From positions 1-64,000 of the IMG/VR virus record IMGVR_UViG_3300032240_001991: DNA of 64,000 bases. One strand, 5' to 3'. The translations under genes and the position numbers were made by a program. The stretch's first letter is position 1. Each line of letters opens with the position of its first letter. Below are positions 38,922 to 48,646 of this stretch, in pieces. The notes under the pieces were generated by a model that saw nothing but the letters and a program-made list of their open reading frames with translations, had not been told where the DNA came from and ran no database searches.

Positions 38922-41486
38922 ATGACTCCAGCTGATCCAACAAATAATCAACAACAGGCTACTCAACAAGCCCAACAACAGGCTCCTCAACAAGCTCCAA
39001 AACTAGCATCACCTGACTTTCAGAGTCAAATAGATTTTATGGCAGGTGTTATCGATAACATGCTATCCGGAGCTAATAAAAGAATTTTAGTTGGAGGAAA
39101 AACTGGTCTAGGTAAAACATCTTTTGTAAAACAGTTTGCTAAAGTTTTTGGATTTCCAACCATTATAGTTGAAATTCCTCATATTGTTGAAGAACAAATG
39201 ATTAACATCCCCTTTGTTATCTTTGATAAAAATGGTCAAAGCTCACAAGGGTACGATCAGGTTAAAATGGAAAAGGAAGGTTCTAGTCCTAAGGTTGAAT
39301 TAGGTAGTTCTTATCTTGCTACAAAATTAGCAAACTTAACAAAACTATCTGATGTTGAATACCGTACAAAAGTTAATAGTTACGACTCAACACTAAAAGA
39401 ATTAATACGTCAATTTGAAGAACAGTATCCTGGAACTATAGCTAAAGTTCGTTCAAAATACGATAAAATTTTATTCTTAGACGAATACTTTAGACAAACA
39501 ACACCCGCCATTAGAAATATTCTTAGAAATATATTAAACGACAGAATTGGTAATGACATTATACCTGCAGGTACATATGTAATGTACGCTTCTAACTTAG
39601 AAGATGTTTCAGGTAGTATTGATCCGCAATCTTCTCACACAACATTCTTTCAGAAAAAGTTTAAGGCTCCAACCAAATCTCAATGGTTATCTTATACTGT
39701 AAGCTCAGCCGTTGGCCAAGGCGTACACATTAAACAAGAAGTAGTAGATGCGTTTGATAAATCTCTTAAAGATGAACACGTTAGCTATGATGATTTAAAT
39801 TTAGAAATAAGAACAAGTCCTAGAAGATGGAGTGACATTTTTATATACATAAACAATGCCTTCCCATTTAAGAGCCCAGATGAGCTAGGAATTTTAAAAA
39901 CAACAATTAAGAAACAATTTCAAAACGATCAAGGAAACACTTCTGATCTATACAATGTAGTAGAAGCATTGCTAGCTAGACTAGCTATTCAATCAAATAT
40001 AGATCCTAAAAAAGTAAAAGAAGTATCCCCCGAGCAGTGGAGAGATGTGTTAGCCCAACAAGTTATGACCGTCATGCAAAGTAAAGGCATGAAGAAATAT
40101 GTTCCAGTCATACAAGGATTGCCCGGTGTAGGTAAGACTGCGATCGGCGGAACTTTTGAGAATCCGCCGTACAACATGAGATTTATTCCAATACTAGCAA
40201 CAACATTGTCTCGTGATAGCGTTGTGGGTATTCCTTTGCCTAAAGAGCAAAATAAACAAATGGGTGTAGAGTTTGCTAAACCAGAATTAGCTATTAAAAT
40301 AGATGACGATATTGAAAGAGCAAATAAGTCCTATTTTAACAGGCTACAGAAAAGAGAAAAAGAAGGCAAGCTAAACGGTAAAACTGCACAAGAAGCTTAT
40401 AGAGATTTTGAAAATCAAGAATACAAATATCTAATTTTTATTGACGAAATTAATCGTGTTAAAGATGTTGCTATCTTTAACAGTTTAAGAAGATTAATAT
40501 TAGAAAAAGAATTCAATGATCAATACAAGCTGCCTAAAGGGGCAGTAGTTGTTGCAGCAATGAATCCGTCGGACCTTGGTACAATTCCAATGACGTCTCA
40601 CTTTAGAGATGCTATTGATCTTATTGACGTTGAACCTAGTTGGAAAGATACAATCAAGTTTATTAAGAACCAAGTTGTTCCTTACCTAAAGAACGAGTAC
40701 AATCCTAGTGACATTGCACTTGATACGTCTTTACAAATTGTTGAAACGTTTCCACAAAACTTCTCTTTAGGAAGAAGACGAACCGCTAAAGAATTTTACA
40801 TTGCAATTGGAGGTTCAGAAGAACTTTACCTAAGTCCTAGAGACTATGACAATATGTTTAAAGTAATTGTCTCTGCAATTGATCGAGTTGCAAACTCACT
40901 TAAAGAGCAAATTAAACGTGGTAAAACTTTCTCACAAGACGAAGTTAACAATCGTATTATTCGTGCAGCAGCTGAAGTAATTGAAAGTACATTTGACGAT
41001 TTATTTTATAAGGCAGGAATGGGAACGCCACCGGGTTGGGATGACCGAGTTCTTAATTTCTTAAATAAGATCGTTGATGTTTCATTACAAATGAAATCAA
41101 CTAAAGCAGGACTAGGATCTTTATTAGACGATGTTATTGCAGGAACAACACAACTAAAAGACGACATAGATTTTGACAACTACATGGCAGATTATATGCC
41201 GGCAAAGTTCCAAAAGGACTTTGACGAATATCTGCACAATATGATCAAAACTACAGAGAACATTCAAGATGTTGTTGACAGTTTAAAAATAATTATAACT
41301 CAATTTGGAACAGCAATTAGAGAAAATCAATTAAATCCTGATGTGTTAAATCGTATAGAAAATACGATACATGTAAACTTTAATGAAGTTCTAAAATCAA
41401 CCGAAGGTAGTGAACAAGAAGACGCTGCTAGATATCTAGCTAAGAATTATAGCGATCTATTAGATATGCTAGGCGTAGATGCGTAA
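38922..41486 (+). CDS. Tandem-domain MoxR/dynein-related AAA+ ATPase
   Basis: Two modules: GGKTGLGKT/LFLDEY/ASN/SPRRW and GLPGVGKT/IFIDEINR/AAMNP/SPRDY. Confidence 0.85.
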   Translation: MTPADPTNNQQQATQQAQQQAPQQAPKLASPDFQSQIDFMAGVIDNMLSGANKRILVGGKTGLGKTSFVKQFAKVFGFPTIIVEIPHIVEEQMINIPFVIFDKNGQSSQGYDQVKMEKEGSSPKVELGSSYLATKLANLTKLSDVEYRTKVNSYDSTLKELIRQFEEQYPGTIAKVRSKYDKILFLDEYFRQTTPAIRNILRNILNDRIGNDIIPAGTYVMYASNLEDVSGSIDPQSSHTTFFQKKFKAPTKSQWLSYTVSSAVGQGVHIKQEVVDAFDKSLKDEHVSYDDLNLEIRTSPRRWSDIFIYINNAFPFKSPDELGILKTTIKKQFQNDQGNTSDLYNVVEALLARLAIQSNIDPKKVKEVSPEQWRDVLAQQVMTVMQSKGMKKYVPVIQGLPGVGKTAIGGTFENPPYNMRFIPILATTLSRDSVVGIPLPKEQNKQMGVEFAKPELAIKIDDDIERANKSYFNRLQKREKEGKLNGKTAQEAYRDFENQEYKYLIFIDEINRVKDVAIFNSLRRLILEKEFNDQYKLPKGAVVVAAMNPSDLGTIPMTSHFRDAIDLIDVEPSWKDTIKFIKNQVVPYLKNEYNPSDIALDTSLQIVETFPQNFSLGRRRTAKEFYIAIGGSEELYLSPRDYDNMFKVIVSAIDRVANSLKEQIKRGKTFSQDEVNNRIIRAAAEVIESTFDDLFYKAGMGTPPGWDDRVLNFLNKIVDVSLQMKSTKAGLGSLLDDVIAGTTQLKDDIDFDNYMADYMPAKFQKDFDEYLHNMIKTTENIQDVVDSLKIIITQFGTAIRENQLNPDVLNRIENTIHVNFNEVLKSTEGSEQEDAARYLAKNYSDLLDMLGVDA

Positions 41487-41495
41487 GGGCACAGT

Positions 41496-42596
41496 ATGAG
41501 ATTTTTTGAATTTAGACCTGTTATAAATGAAATCCTTTCTAAGAAGGGTGTTGAAAAAGGCAAAGTTGCCTTTAAACGGTCTGACATCTCCGATGCTTAT
41601 ATTGCAAAAGTAATACAACAAGTGTCTACAGAGACTGGTGTACCTTATAATGATCTTATCAACGAAATGACTGCTGATATTGAAAAATTTAAAGAGGTTG
41701 GTAAGTACAGCCCCTTGCTATACGATACAATTATTCAAAACTATGCAGAAAATTCAGCATTTAAATTAATTTGGAAATCAAAGCATCCGGTAAAAAAAGA
41801 AAATTATAAATTAGATGTTGGTGTGTTTAAAGAGCTTTTACGTCTAGTTCAGATGGACCATGAATCTTTTTTTCCTTTAAGAGCGCCCGACGGTTTACAA
41901 ATAATAAACAGAATATCTCCAATTTTAGTTCCGTCTCAGAGACAAGAATATGTAAAGGCAGGGTTCAATACCATTGAAACTGCGGCCGTAACAAATACCG
42001 GCGAATTCATTTTTAATGTACCGTTTTTAGAAAGTTTGCTATATTACGGAACTGCCGTGGATGTAAAGCCACAAGGTAAGAAATATGTAGACAATGGCGG
42101 TACTATTCCTAATAATTATTGCTATATTGAATTTATTATAGTACATGAAATATTACACTGGGCATATGGAGATTTCTTTGCCGGTAACAGATTTAAGCAG
42201 TATTCAGGCAGAGCACACAACATTGCTAGCGATTTAAGATCAAATTATCTTTTAGTAAAGAACGGTTACGAGCAACTGCCGCTAGGCCTATTCAGCGATG
42301 ATTTAAACTTTGATAGACCAGAAACTAATTCTTATCAAAAATTAATTGCTGTAGTTGACAGAGAACTGAAGAAAATGCCAAAGCAGTTGCAAGCATGGAT
42401 TGAAGAAACCACAGGCGGAGATGTGCATCCTCCGGGTGATCCATGGAAACCAAAACCTGGAGAAATCTGCCTTAATAATAAAACAGGCGGGTTTGTGATG
42501 ATTACTAAAGACAACGGCGACGGCACATACGAATCAAACGATTTGACAAAAGAGCAAGTAGAAGCTATCCTTGGAAAAACTGTTAATGTGGGTTAA
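41496..42596 (+). CDS. HExxH metallopeptidase-like protein (DUF2201 N-terminal type)
   Basis: TAAVT....FIFN..F, IIVHEILH and HNIASDLRSN. Confidence 0.7.
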   Translation: MRFFEFRPVINEILSKKGVEKGKVAFKRSDISDAYIAKVIQQVSTETGVPYNDLINEMTADIEKFKEVGKYSPLLYDTIIQNYAENSAFKLIWKSKHPVKKENYKLDVGVFKELLRLVQMDHESFFPLRAPDGLQIINRISPILVPSQRQEYVKAGFNTIETAAVTNTGEFIFNVPFLESLLYYGTAVDVKPQGKKYVDNGGTIPNNYCYIEFIIVHEILHWAYGDFFAGNRFKQYSGRAHNIASDLRSNYLLVKNGYEQLPLGLFSDDLNFDRPETNSYQKLIAVVDRELKKMPKQLQAWIEETTGGDVHPPGDPWKPKPGEICLNNKTGGFVMITKDNGDGTYESNDLTKEQVEAILGKTVNVG

Positions 42597-42602
42597 TTTA
42601 AT

Positions 42603-43808
42603 ATGAGAGTTTCAATTAACGATTTATCACCAATTCAATCAAAAGGCGACGGACCGGGCGGCGACGAAGGCGAAGGTGATCAACCAGGCGGCGATCAACC
42701 AGGCGGCGGCGAAGGCGAAGGTGATCAACCAGGCGGCGATCAACCCGGAAAAGGTAAGGGAAAAGGCAAAGGTAAGGGAGAAGGGCCCGGCGAAGGAGAA
42801 GGCGAGGGAGAAGGCGAGGGAGAAGGGCCCGGCGAAGGAGAAGGAGAAGGAGAAGGCGAAGGCGAGGGCAAGGGTAAAGGAAAGGGCAACGGTACCGGTA
42901 ATTCAGGCGGCGGTGATGACGGCGGTGACGGTGATTGGTTAAATCCTAACAAGGGCGGTGGATCCGGAACAGCAAAAACACCAGAAGAGCAAGATATAGA
43001 AAACAAGTTATCTAAACGGGGCGATAACAATGTTGAAGACTTAAAAAAGCGGCAAGGAGAGCAACAGAAAGCTACTCCTCAAGGTAGTCCACAAAGTGGA
43101 AATCAACAAATAACTAGAACTGACGTTGATATCCGTCCAAAGTTTAGTTGGAGAGATTTAGTACGCCAATTTGTGGCAAATTCTAAACCTCCTGAGACTA
43201 CTTATACTCGCCCTTCAAATAGAGCTGCTACGCAGGTTAGTATTGCTCAGCAGACTGGTGCGGCAGCTATTAAACCTGGTGAAAGACCAGGTGAAGAAAT
43301 TTACAAGTTAGCCTTTGTTTTTGATACTTCGGGTAGCATGTACGGAGCTATAGGTCCAGCACTAGCGGAAACAAGAAATTTATTAAAACAACAAAAAGCA
43401 TCTACAGAATCAACATTAGGAATATGCTTTTTTGCAAGTAGATATCTATTAATAGAAGCTAACTTAATGTCTAATAAAGCATGGAAAGTTGCTTCTTTTA
43501 AGAATATGGGAAAACCAGTACCAGAAACAGCAAAGAAATCTCTTGACGATGTTCTTAGAAGCAGCGATACTGGAGGAACCTACTTTGGACCTGAGTTAGC
43601 ATCAGAACTAGCATCAATTGCTTCAACAGGATTCAATGTTATAATCTTCTCAGACAGCGATATGCTAGACAGCAAAAACTGGAATAATTTCTTAAGTCTT
43701 TATCAACGTTACAAACGACAGGTATTTTTTATTGCTCCCGATTTAAATACGTATAAACAAATAGTTAAAAAATTAGGTATACAACCTAACACCTTTGGAC
43801 ACATGTAA
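42603..43808 (+). CDS. Gly/Glu-rich linker + vWA (MIDAS) domain protein
   Basis: GEGE/GKGK low complexity, then VFDTSGSM (DxSxS), TGGT and IFSDSD. Confidence 0.85.
   Translation: MRVSINDLSPIQSKGDGPGGDEGEGDQPGGDQPGGGEGEGDQPGGDQPGKGKGKGKGKGEGPGEGEGEGEGEGEGPGEGEGEGEGEGEGKGKGKGNGTGNSGGGDDGGDGDWLNPNKGGGSGTAKTPEEQDIENKLSKRGDNNVEDLKKRQGEQQKATPQGSPQSGNQQITRTDVDIRPKFSWRDLVRQFVANSKPPETTYTRPSNRAATQVSIAQQTGAAAIKPGERPGEEIYKLAFVFDTSGSMYGAIGPALAETRNLLKQQKASTESTLGICFFASRYLLIEANLMSNKAWKVASFKNMGKPVPETAKKSLDDVLRSSDTGGTYFGPELASELASIASTGFNVIIFSDSDMLDSKNWNNFLSLYQRYKRQVFFIAPDLNTYKQIVKKLGIQPNTFGHM
42648..42925 (+). repeat. Coding low-complexity repeats (GEGE / GDQPGG / GKGK)
   Basis: Repeated units such as GGCGAAGGTGATCAACCAGGCGGCGATCAACC and GAAGGCGAG. 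Confidence 0.85.
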
Positions 43809-43809
43809 T

Positions 43810-44517
43810 ATGAAACTTAAACAAATTATAAAAGAAAATGAAGATACTTCTTTAATCAAGAAATACTTTGATGAGAGTGGGTTTAGCAAAATAGAAGTTA
43901 CGCCTGACGGGGTTAATGTTGAGGGAGATCTTATATTTCGTAGCGAGACATTACAGGTTGAAGAATTACCAGTAAAATTAAATATTGTAACTGGCAACGT
44001 CGACCTTATGGGGTCAGGAATTAAAACATTAAAAAATATTCCTAACTCTTGTAATTCATTAAATGTAAGTTATAATGGATTAACTTCATTGGCAACTGAT
44101 ACTCCATTAGTCGTTAATTCGTTAGCCGCTGACGGCACAAACATAACAGATTTATCAGGAATAAAACTTAATGGTTTACAATATCTAACTTTAGAATACT
44201 GCGAACAATTAAGAACTCTCAAAGGTCTCGAAGGAGTTGCTGTTAAGGAATTAACACTAAAAGGATGTCCTCTTTTTGAAGACGATCTTAGCAGATATAA
44301 TATTGATATAGTAGATATAGAACTTGCTGATTGTAAAAATATGCCCTTAGTTTTCCTTGTAGCATTTGGAAAACCTCATATTAAAGAAGTAGGACGGGAT
44401 ACCAGTCCTCTAATAAAAATTGCTAAAAAATATTTAGATAAAGGTCCGTCGGTCGTACTTGATCTCGTTAGAGAATTGAGAGACCAAGGATTTAAAAACT
44501 CAGCTAAAGTCCTTTAA
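43810..44517 (+). CDS. Leucine-rich-repeat protein
   Basis: LKNIP...LNVSYNGLTSL, LTLEYCEQLRTLKGL and LTLKGCP; start MKLKQIIKE. Confidence 0.65.
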   Translation: MKLKQIIKENEDTSLIKKYFDESGFSKIEVTPDGVNVEGDLIFRSETLQVEELPVKLNIVTGNVDLMGSGIKTLKNIPNSCNSLNVSYNGLTSLATDTPLVVNSLAADGTNITDLSGIKLNGLQYLTLEYCEQLRTLKGLEGVAVKELTLKGCPLFEDDLSRYNIDIVDIELADCKNMPLVFLVAFGKPHIKEVGRDTSPLIKIAKKYLDKGPSVVLDLVRELRDQGFKNSAKVL

Positions 44518-44527
44518 AAGGCTAATA

Positions 44528-45574
44528 TTACCTATTAGCCTTTGCTTCTAATTGAGTTCTAACTGCTTTTAAAAGAGGAGATAGAACTTTACTTGACCCT
44601 TTAGCAGCTAATCTAGCTGCTACAAGCTCATCTGAAGATTTATCGCCTGTTTCTTGTCGATATTGATCAACGTCAGCTTTAACTGCATTTAAAAATTCGT
44701 CGCTAGTTACAGCTTGTTCAACTGCTTCAAACCAGCTAGCACTATACTGATCTGGTTGCTGTTCCCAATTTTTAATTATAAGATTGTTTTTATCGCCAGC
44801 ACGGATACGGCGTATTTTGACTTGTTTTAACACCTTATCTTTAATTCTGCCTAATCTCGCTGATATACGATTTATTGCTGAGTGTATATCATCCTTGTCT
44901 TTCATGGCAGCACGGACGTCAATTTTTCTTCTTTGCACACTAGCTTTGGTTGGCATATCACCGCTACGACGACCCATTAGCTGTGAAGCTGGTAGTTTTT
45001 CAACTTCTTCTGGATCACGCTCCATTAGTCTATAAACACTGATTGGCTTTTCGCCAATAAAATGTTTGAGCTGATCTGCAATTGTTGCTTTAGTAACTTC
45101 TTTCTTTTCTTTCTTATTATAAGCACCACCGCGTGTGCCTACAATTTCTTTTTCTTGGATACCCTGACCATCTTTCAAACTGAATATACCTGTATATTTG
45201 ATAGTTCTGTCTTTAGCTGGATTATAACCTGGCATTTGTAGCATGCGTTGCAAATACTCTTCTTGAGGCTTAAATGCAGCCCAACCATTTGGTCCTTTTA
45301 GGATCATGAAGTTATCATAATGTCCCTTAAACGTTTCTAGGTCTAAATTTCCTGTAGGGTGTGTAAATGGCACTAATACAGCTTGATCACTAACCTTGTA
45401 TGTTTTATGTAGATACTTGGCTAATCTAACACCTTGCTCATCTCGTCCAAAGGTATTGATTAACGGACTAGCTTCAAACATCAATTCAAGCTCTTCCATT
45501 AGCTCCTGGTCAAACTGAGCATCTTCTTCTATTAGATCTAAGCGATCGCGCATTTCTTGTATTATATTCTTCAT
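44528..45574 (-). CDS. Hypothetical late protein (putative head-packaged)
   Basis: TATAAATA at 45603-10 (minus); N-terminus MKNIIQEMRDRLDLIEE. Confidence 0.6.
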   Translation of the reverse strand: MKNIIQEMRDRLDLIEEDAQFDQELMEELELMFEASPLINTFGRDEQGVRLAKYLHKTYKVSDQAVLVPFTHPTGNLDLETFKGHYDNFMILKGPNGWAAFKPQEEYLQRMLQMPGYNPAKDRTIKYTGIFSLKDGQGIQEKEIVGTRGGAYNKKEKKEVTKATIADQLKHFIGEKPISVYRLMERDPEEVEKLPASQLMGRRSGDMPTKASVQRRKIDVRAAMKDKDDIHSAINRISARLGRIKDKVLKQVKIRRIRAGDKNNLIIKNWEQQPDQYSASWFEAVEQAVTSDEFLNAVKADVDQYRQETGDKSSDELVAARLAAKGSSKVLSPLLKAVRTQLEAKANR

Positions 45575-45610
45575 ACTAGGTTATTCCCTAACGTTGTTAG
45601 TATATTTATA

Positions 45611-46162
45611 TTATTGTGTTTGATCTTTTTGAGATAATCGTTGCTTCTGTTTCCATGCATACTGAGCTGCGCGGTTTATTTCTGATACAAAACTATTATT
45701 GATCTGCATTCTTACTGATATACGATATATGCTAACCGATTCAATTTCAAATAACTTGACTTTACTAGCAGCTGAACTAAATCCTGATTGCTGTAACTCA
45801 GTAGATATCGCATTAGCAAACTCTGGTGTTTTTACCAACAATTCAAATTCTTCAGTAGGAATTTTATCATAAAATGGAGTGTTAACGCTTACTGATAATA
45901 AGGTTGCTGGATTTTCAGACCAAGGAATAAGTTGACCATCTTTAATCGTTCCTATAGCAAAAATAAGATAAGAAAGAAATAGGGGTGTATCTAAATTAAG
46001 TTTGTGCTCGTCATACGATGTATAAGATTTTTGAAAAGCGCAATGATAGTCGTTTCCTTCCTTGTGCTGAAACACAATACGCCTACTGAGGATTCCTGTA
46101 TTTCCCTGGCTTTCAATTAATCGCATAGTCTGCATTAATTTTTGAAATTCTTGATTATTCAT
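45611..46162 (-). CDS. Hypothetical protein, paralog 3 of tandem triplet
   Basis: MNNQEFQKL...LIESQGN.G, LQQSGFS and RAAQYAWK; ATGA overlap. Confidence 0.65.
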   Translation of the reverse strand: MNNQEFQKLMQTMRLIESQGNTGILSRRIVFQHKEGNDYHCAFQKSYTSYDEHKLNLDTPLFLSYLIFAIGTIKDGQLIPWSENPATLLSVSVNTPFYDKIPTEEFELLVKTPEFANAISTELQQSGFSSAASKVKLFEIESVSIYRISVRMQINNSFVSEINRAAQYAWKQKQRLSQKDQTQ

Positions 46163-46713
46163 TTCCTGTGCCTTAATTTCCAAGCAAGGTTTACTGCTCT
46201 TTCCAATGTTTTGCGTAATTCTTCATTAGAATTGTGCCAATGGTAAAGGGCAGAATGCTTGCCGATACTTGCTGATGTAAGCTTGTCGTCATCTAGTGCA
46301 AGTATTTCATCTTTAATAAACATATCAGCACTAAAGCCTGACGCTTGTAGATTCTTAGCAGTAACATCTAACAGCTTTTTTTTAAATTCTTCCGACTGCG
46401 ATAGTTCTTGAAATTGTTCTCTAGTCATTCCTGTATATTTAACGACTATCATTATGCGTAACGGATTGGGTGGTATCCGAAATTGACTAAGTCTTTCCTT
46501 AGACAGCAGATGGATATTAATATCTGTAACGAGAACATTATTAAAGATTTCACCATTTTCAATTTTATCTCTGATAAATGTTGCACGTACAAAGCTTGAA
46601 AAATTAGTATCCGCATCTGCAAACTTTATAAATCTACTGACGATTCCTGAATTGCCTTGACTTTCTAATAGGCGAATAGTTTCTGTTAATTTTTGAAACT
46701 CTTGATTATTCAT
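46159..46713 (-). CDS. Hypothetical protein, paralog 2 of tandem triplet
   Basis: MNNQEFQKL...LLESQGN.G, LQASGFS and RAVNLAWK; ATGA overlap. Confidence 0.65.
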   Translation of the reverse strand: MNNQEFQKLTETIRLLESQGNSGIVSRFIKFADADTNFSSFVRATFIRDKIENGEIFNNVLVTDINIHLLSKERLSQFRIPPNPLRIMIVVKYTGMTREQFQELSQSEEFKKKLLDVTAKNLQASGFSADMFIKDEILALDDDKLTSASIGKHSALYHWHNSNEELRKTLERAVNLAWKLRHRK

Positions 46714-47234
46714 CGCATACGCCTTAATTTCCATGCATGCTTACATGCACGGATTGCTTCTTTTTTAAATTCTTCCGTAACTGACATTTCTATAGATATA
46801 TTGTACTTGTCAGCCCATTCAATATCTGTAAGAGAAACTTCGCTAGCAACTAGACTAAAGCCTATCTTTTGCAAATGCTTAGATATCTCGCCAGAAAATT
46901 GATCAGTACTTGTCATGATCTTGTGGTCAAGCTCAGTACGCTCTTTGTTAGAGATAGGCCAATAACCAAGTTTTATATTTAGGTCTCTATGCCAAAATTG
47001 AATATCGCTGCCATTTGTAGTAACTCCTACAGGATACATAAAAGAAAGTAAGTAATATCCGTCAAATAAATTAACCTCGTTATGATTATATCTCCGGCCA
47101 ACGGTATAGTTGTAACTGTTATTAAATGCAGGATCAATAATAATTGATCTAGTAAGGAGTCCTATGTTACCCTGATTTTCCAGTAACGCTAGTCGCTGCA
47201 TTAGTCTTTGATAAGTTTGTTCTTTGTTACTCAT
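46710..47234 (-). CDS. Hypothetical protein, paralog 1 of tandem triplet
   Basis: LLENQGNIG, LQKIGFS and RACKHAWK; GTAAATA upstream. Confidence 0.65.
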   Translation of the reverse strand: MSNKEQTYQRLMQRLALLENQGNIGLLTRSIIIDPAFNNSYNYTVGRRYNHNEVNLFDGYYLLSFMYPVGVTTNGSDIQFWHRDLNIKLGYWPISNKERTELDHKIMTSTDQFSGEISKHLQKIGFSLVASEVSLTDIEWADKYNISIEMSVTEEFKKEAIRACKHAWKLRRMR

Positions 47235-47260
47235 AGTGGGTCAGAATTGCTGTTAATTGT

Positions 47261-47278
47261 AATATTTACCTATAAATA
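47261..47278. promoter_or_regulatory. Back-to-back late promoters (GTAAATA leftward, TATAAATA rightward)
   Basis: aaTATTTACcTATAAATA between divergent genes. Confidence 0.6.
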
Positions 47279-47302
47279 TCTCGCTACTAGCATTAAGGAT
47301 TT

Positions 47303-47968
47303 ATGAATTCTCAATACGTTAAAAGATTGCTAACACCCAGAAATATTGGTCATGAAAAGATTCGTATAGGACCCAAACATGACGGCGGTTATGTGATCAG
47401 CAAGACCTGTTTAGATCAAACTAGCGCAGTTTATTCATTGGGTATAGGTGACGAGGTAGGTTTTGATATAGATATAGCTGATCGAGGTCTAACAGTCTAT
47501 CAGTACGACGGTACCATATCTGGTACGCCCCATCCTCATAACAATTTTAAATTCAAAAGTCTTATGATGAGTTCTCAAACTCTAGCAGAAGAACTAACGG
47601 CCAATGGACATATAGATCGTAAAGATTTAATGTTAAAGATGGATATTGAAGGCGCTGAATACGAACTACTCTATCACTTGGACTGGCAGCTACTAGACTG
47701 CTTTAATCAAATTGTACTTGAACTGCATCATGTCACTAACTTTGCTATGTCAGGTACGATGTTACAGAAATTCTGTACGCAGTTTATACCTATACACGTA
47801 CACGCTAACAATAATGACTATCGTAGTGTAGATGGAGTTCCCAACATGTTAGAACTAACATTTGTCAATACCAATATGCTGGTTACGGCAGACTCATGCC
47901 CTATGCCAGGATTAGACTATCGCAACTTTGATAACTTTCACGAATTTTACCTAGACTGGTGGAAATAA
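47303..47968 (+). CDS. FkbM-like methyltransferase
   Basis: RIGPKHDGGY, YSLGIG, LKMDIEGAEY and QIVLELH. Confidence 0.75.
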   Translation: MNSQYVKRLLTPRNIGHEKIRIGPKHDGGYVISKTCLDQTSAVYSLGIGDEVGFDIDIADRGLTVYQYDGTISGTPHPHNNFKFKSLMMSSQTLAEELTANGHIDRKDLMLKMDIEGAEYELLYHLDWQLLDCFNQIVLELHHVTNFAMSGTMLQKFCTQFIPIHVHANNNDYRSVDGVPNMLELTFVNTNMLVTADSCPMPGLDYRNFDNFHEFYLDWWK

Positions 47969-47973
47969 AAATT

Positions 47974-48642
47974 ATGGATACTCAACTGATTGAAAAATTA
48001 ATTTCTCAGGTAGAAACTGCTATTACCCTTGCTGAACAAGGTCAAACTCAATTAACAGAAAAAGAACTGACCTTAGAAGGTATGAGCAGCAGAAAGAATC
48101 GTATTTTTTTAAACGAGCTAGTAAAAAATCCTAACACTCGTTATTTAGAAATTGGTACTTGGCGCGGCAGCACTTTGGTCTCAGCACTATACCGTAACAG
48201 TCCCCAATTAGCTGTAGCTATTGATAATTTTAGCCAGTTTGATGCTGACCAATCTCAGCTACTAACCAACTGTAAAAATAGCGGACTGGAAGAAGGTAAA
48301 GATTTTCAGTTTATCAATCAAGATTGTTTTAACCTAACACCAGAACAAAAAGCTCAAATCAAAGATATCACCGTATACTTTTATGACGGTGACCATAGGC
48401 CTATAGATCAAGAAATGGCACTGACTTACTATCTAGATCACATGGCGGATTATTTTATATTCATAGTAGATGATTGGGATTACTCTGAAGTAAAACAAGG
48501 TACTAGATCAGCACTATATAAAATGCCAGTATCTGTGCACAAAGAGTGGCAGCTGCTCGGAGGTTGGCCTCACAACACAGCTAACACTTGGTGGAATGGA
48601 TTATACGTGGGCGTATTAAGTAAAAAATCTCTAGGAAGATAA
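47974..48642 (+). CDS. Class I SAM methyltransferase (Methyltransf_24-like)
   Basis: YLEIGTWRGST, AIDNFS, YFYDGDH and IVDDW. Confidence 0.75.
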   Translation: MDTQLIEKLISQVETAITLAEQGQTQLTEKELTLEGMSSRKNRIFLNELVKNPNTRYLEIGTWRGSTLVSALYRNSPQLAVAIDNFSQFDADQSQLLTNCKNSGLEEGKDFQFINQDCFNLTPEQKAQIKDITVYFYDGDHRPIDQEMALTYYLDHMADYFIFIVDDWDYSEVKQGTRSALYKMPVSVHKEWQLLGGWPHNTANTWWNGLYVGVLSKKSLGR

Positions 48643-48646
48643 AATT

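Noticed and set aside
42676-43030. Alternative-frame ORFs and DNA repeats in the GEGE region as a possible CRISPR or repeat element
   Set aside because: The repeats are in-frame codon repeats of a low-complexity linker, with no constant repeat/unique spacer pattern
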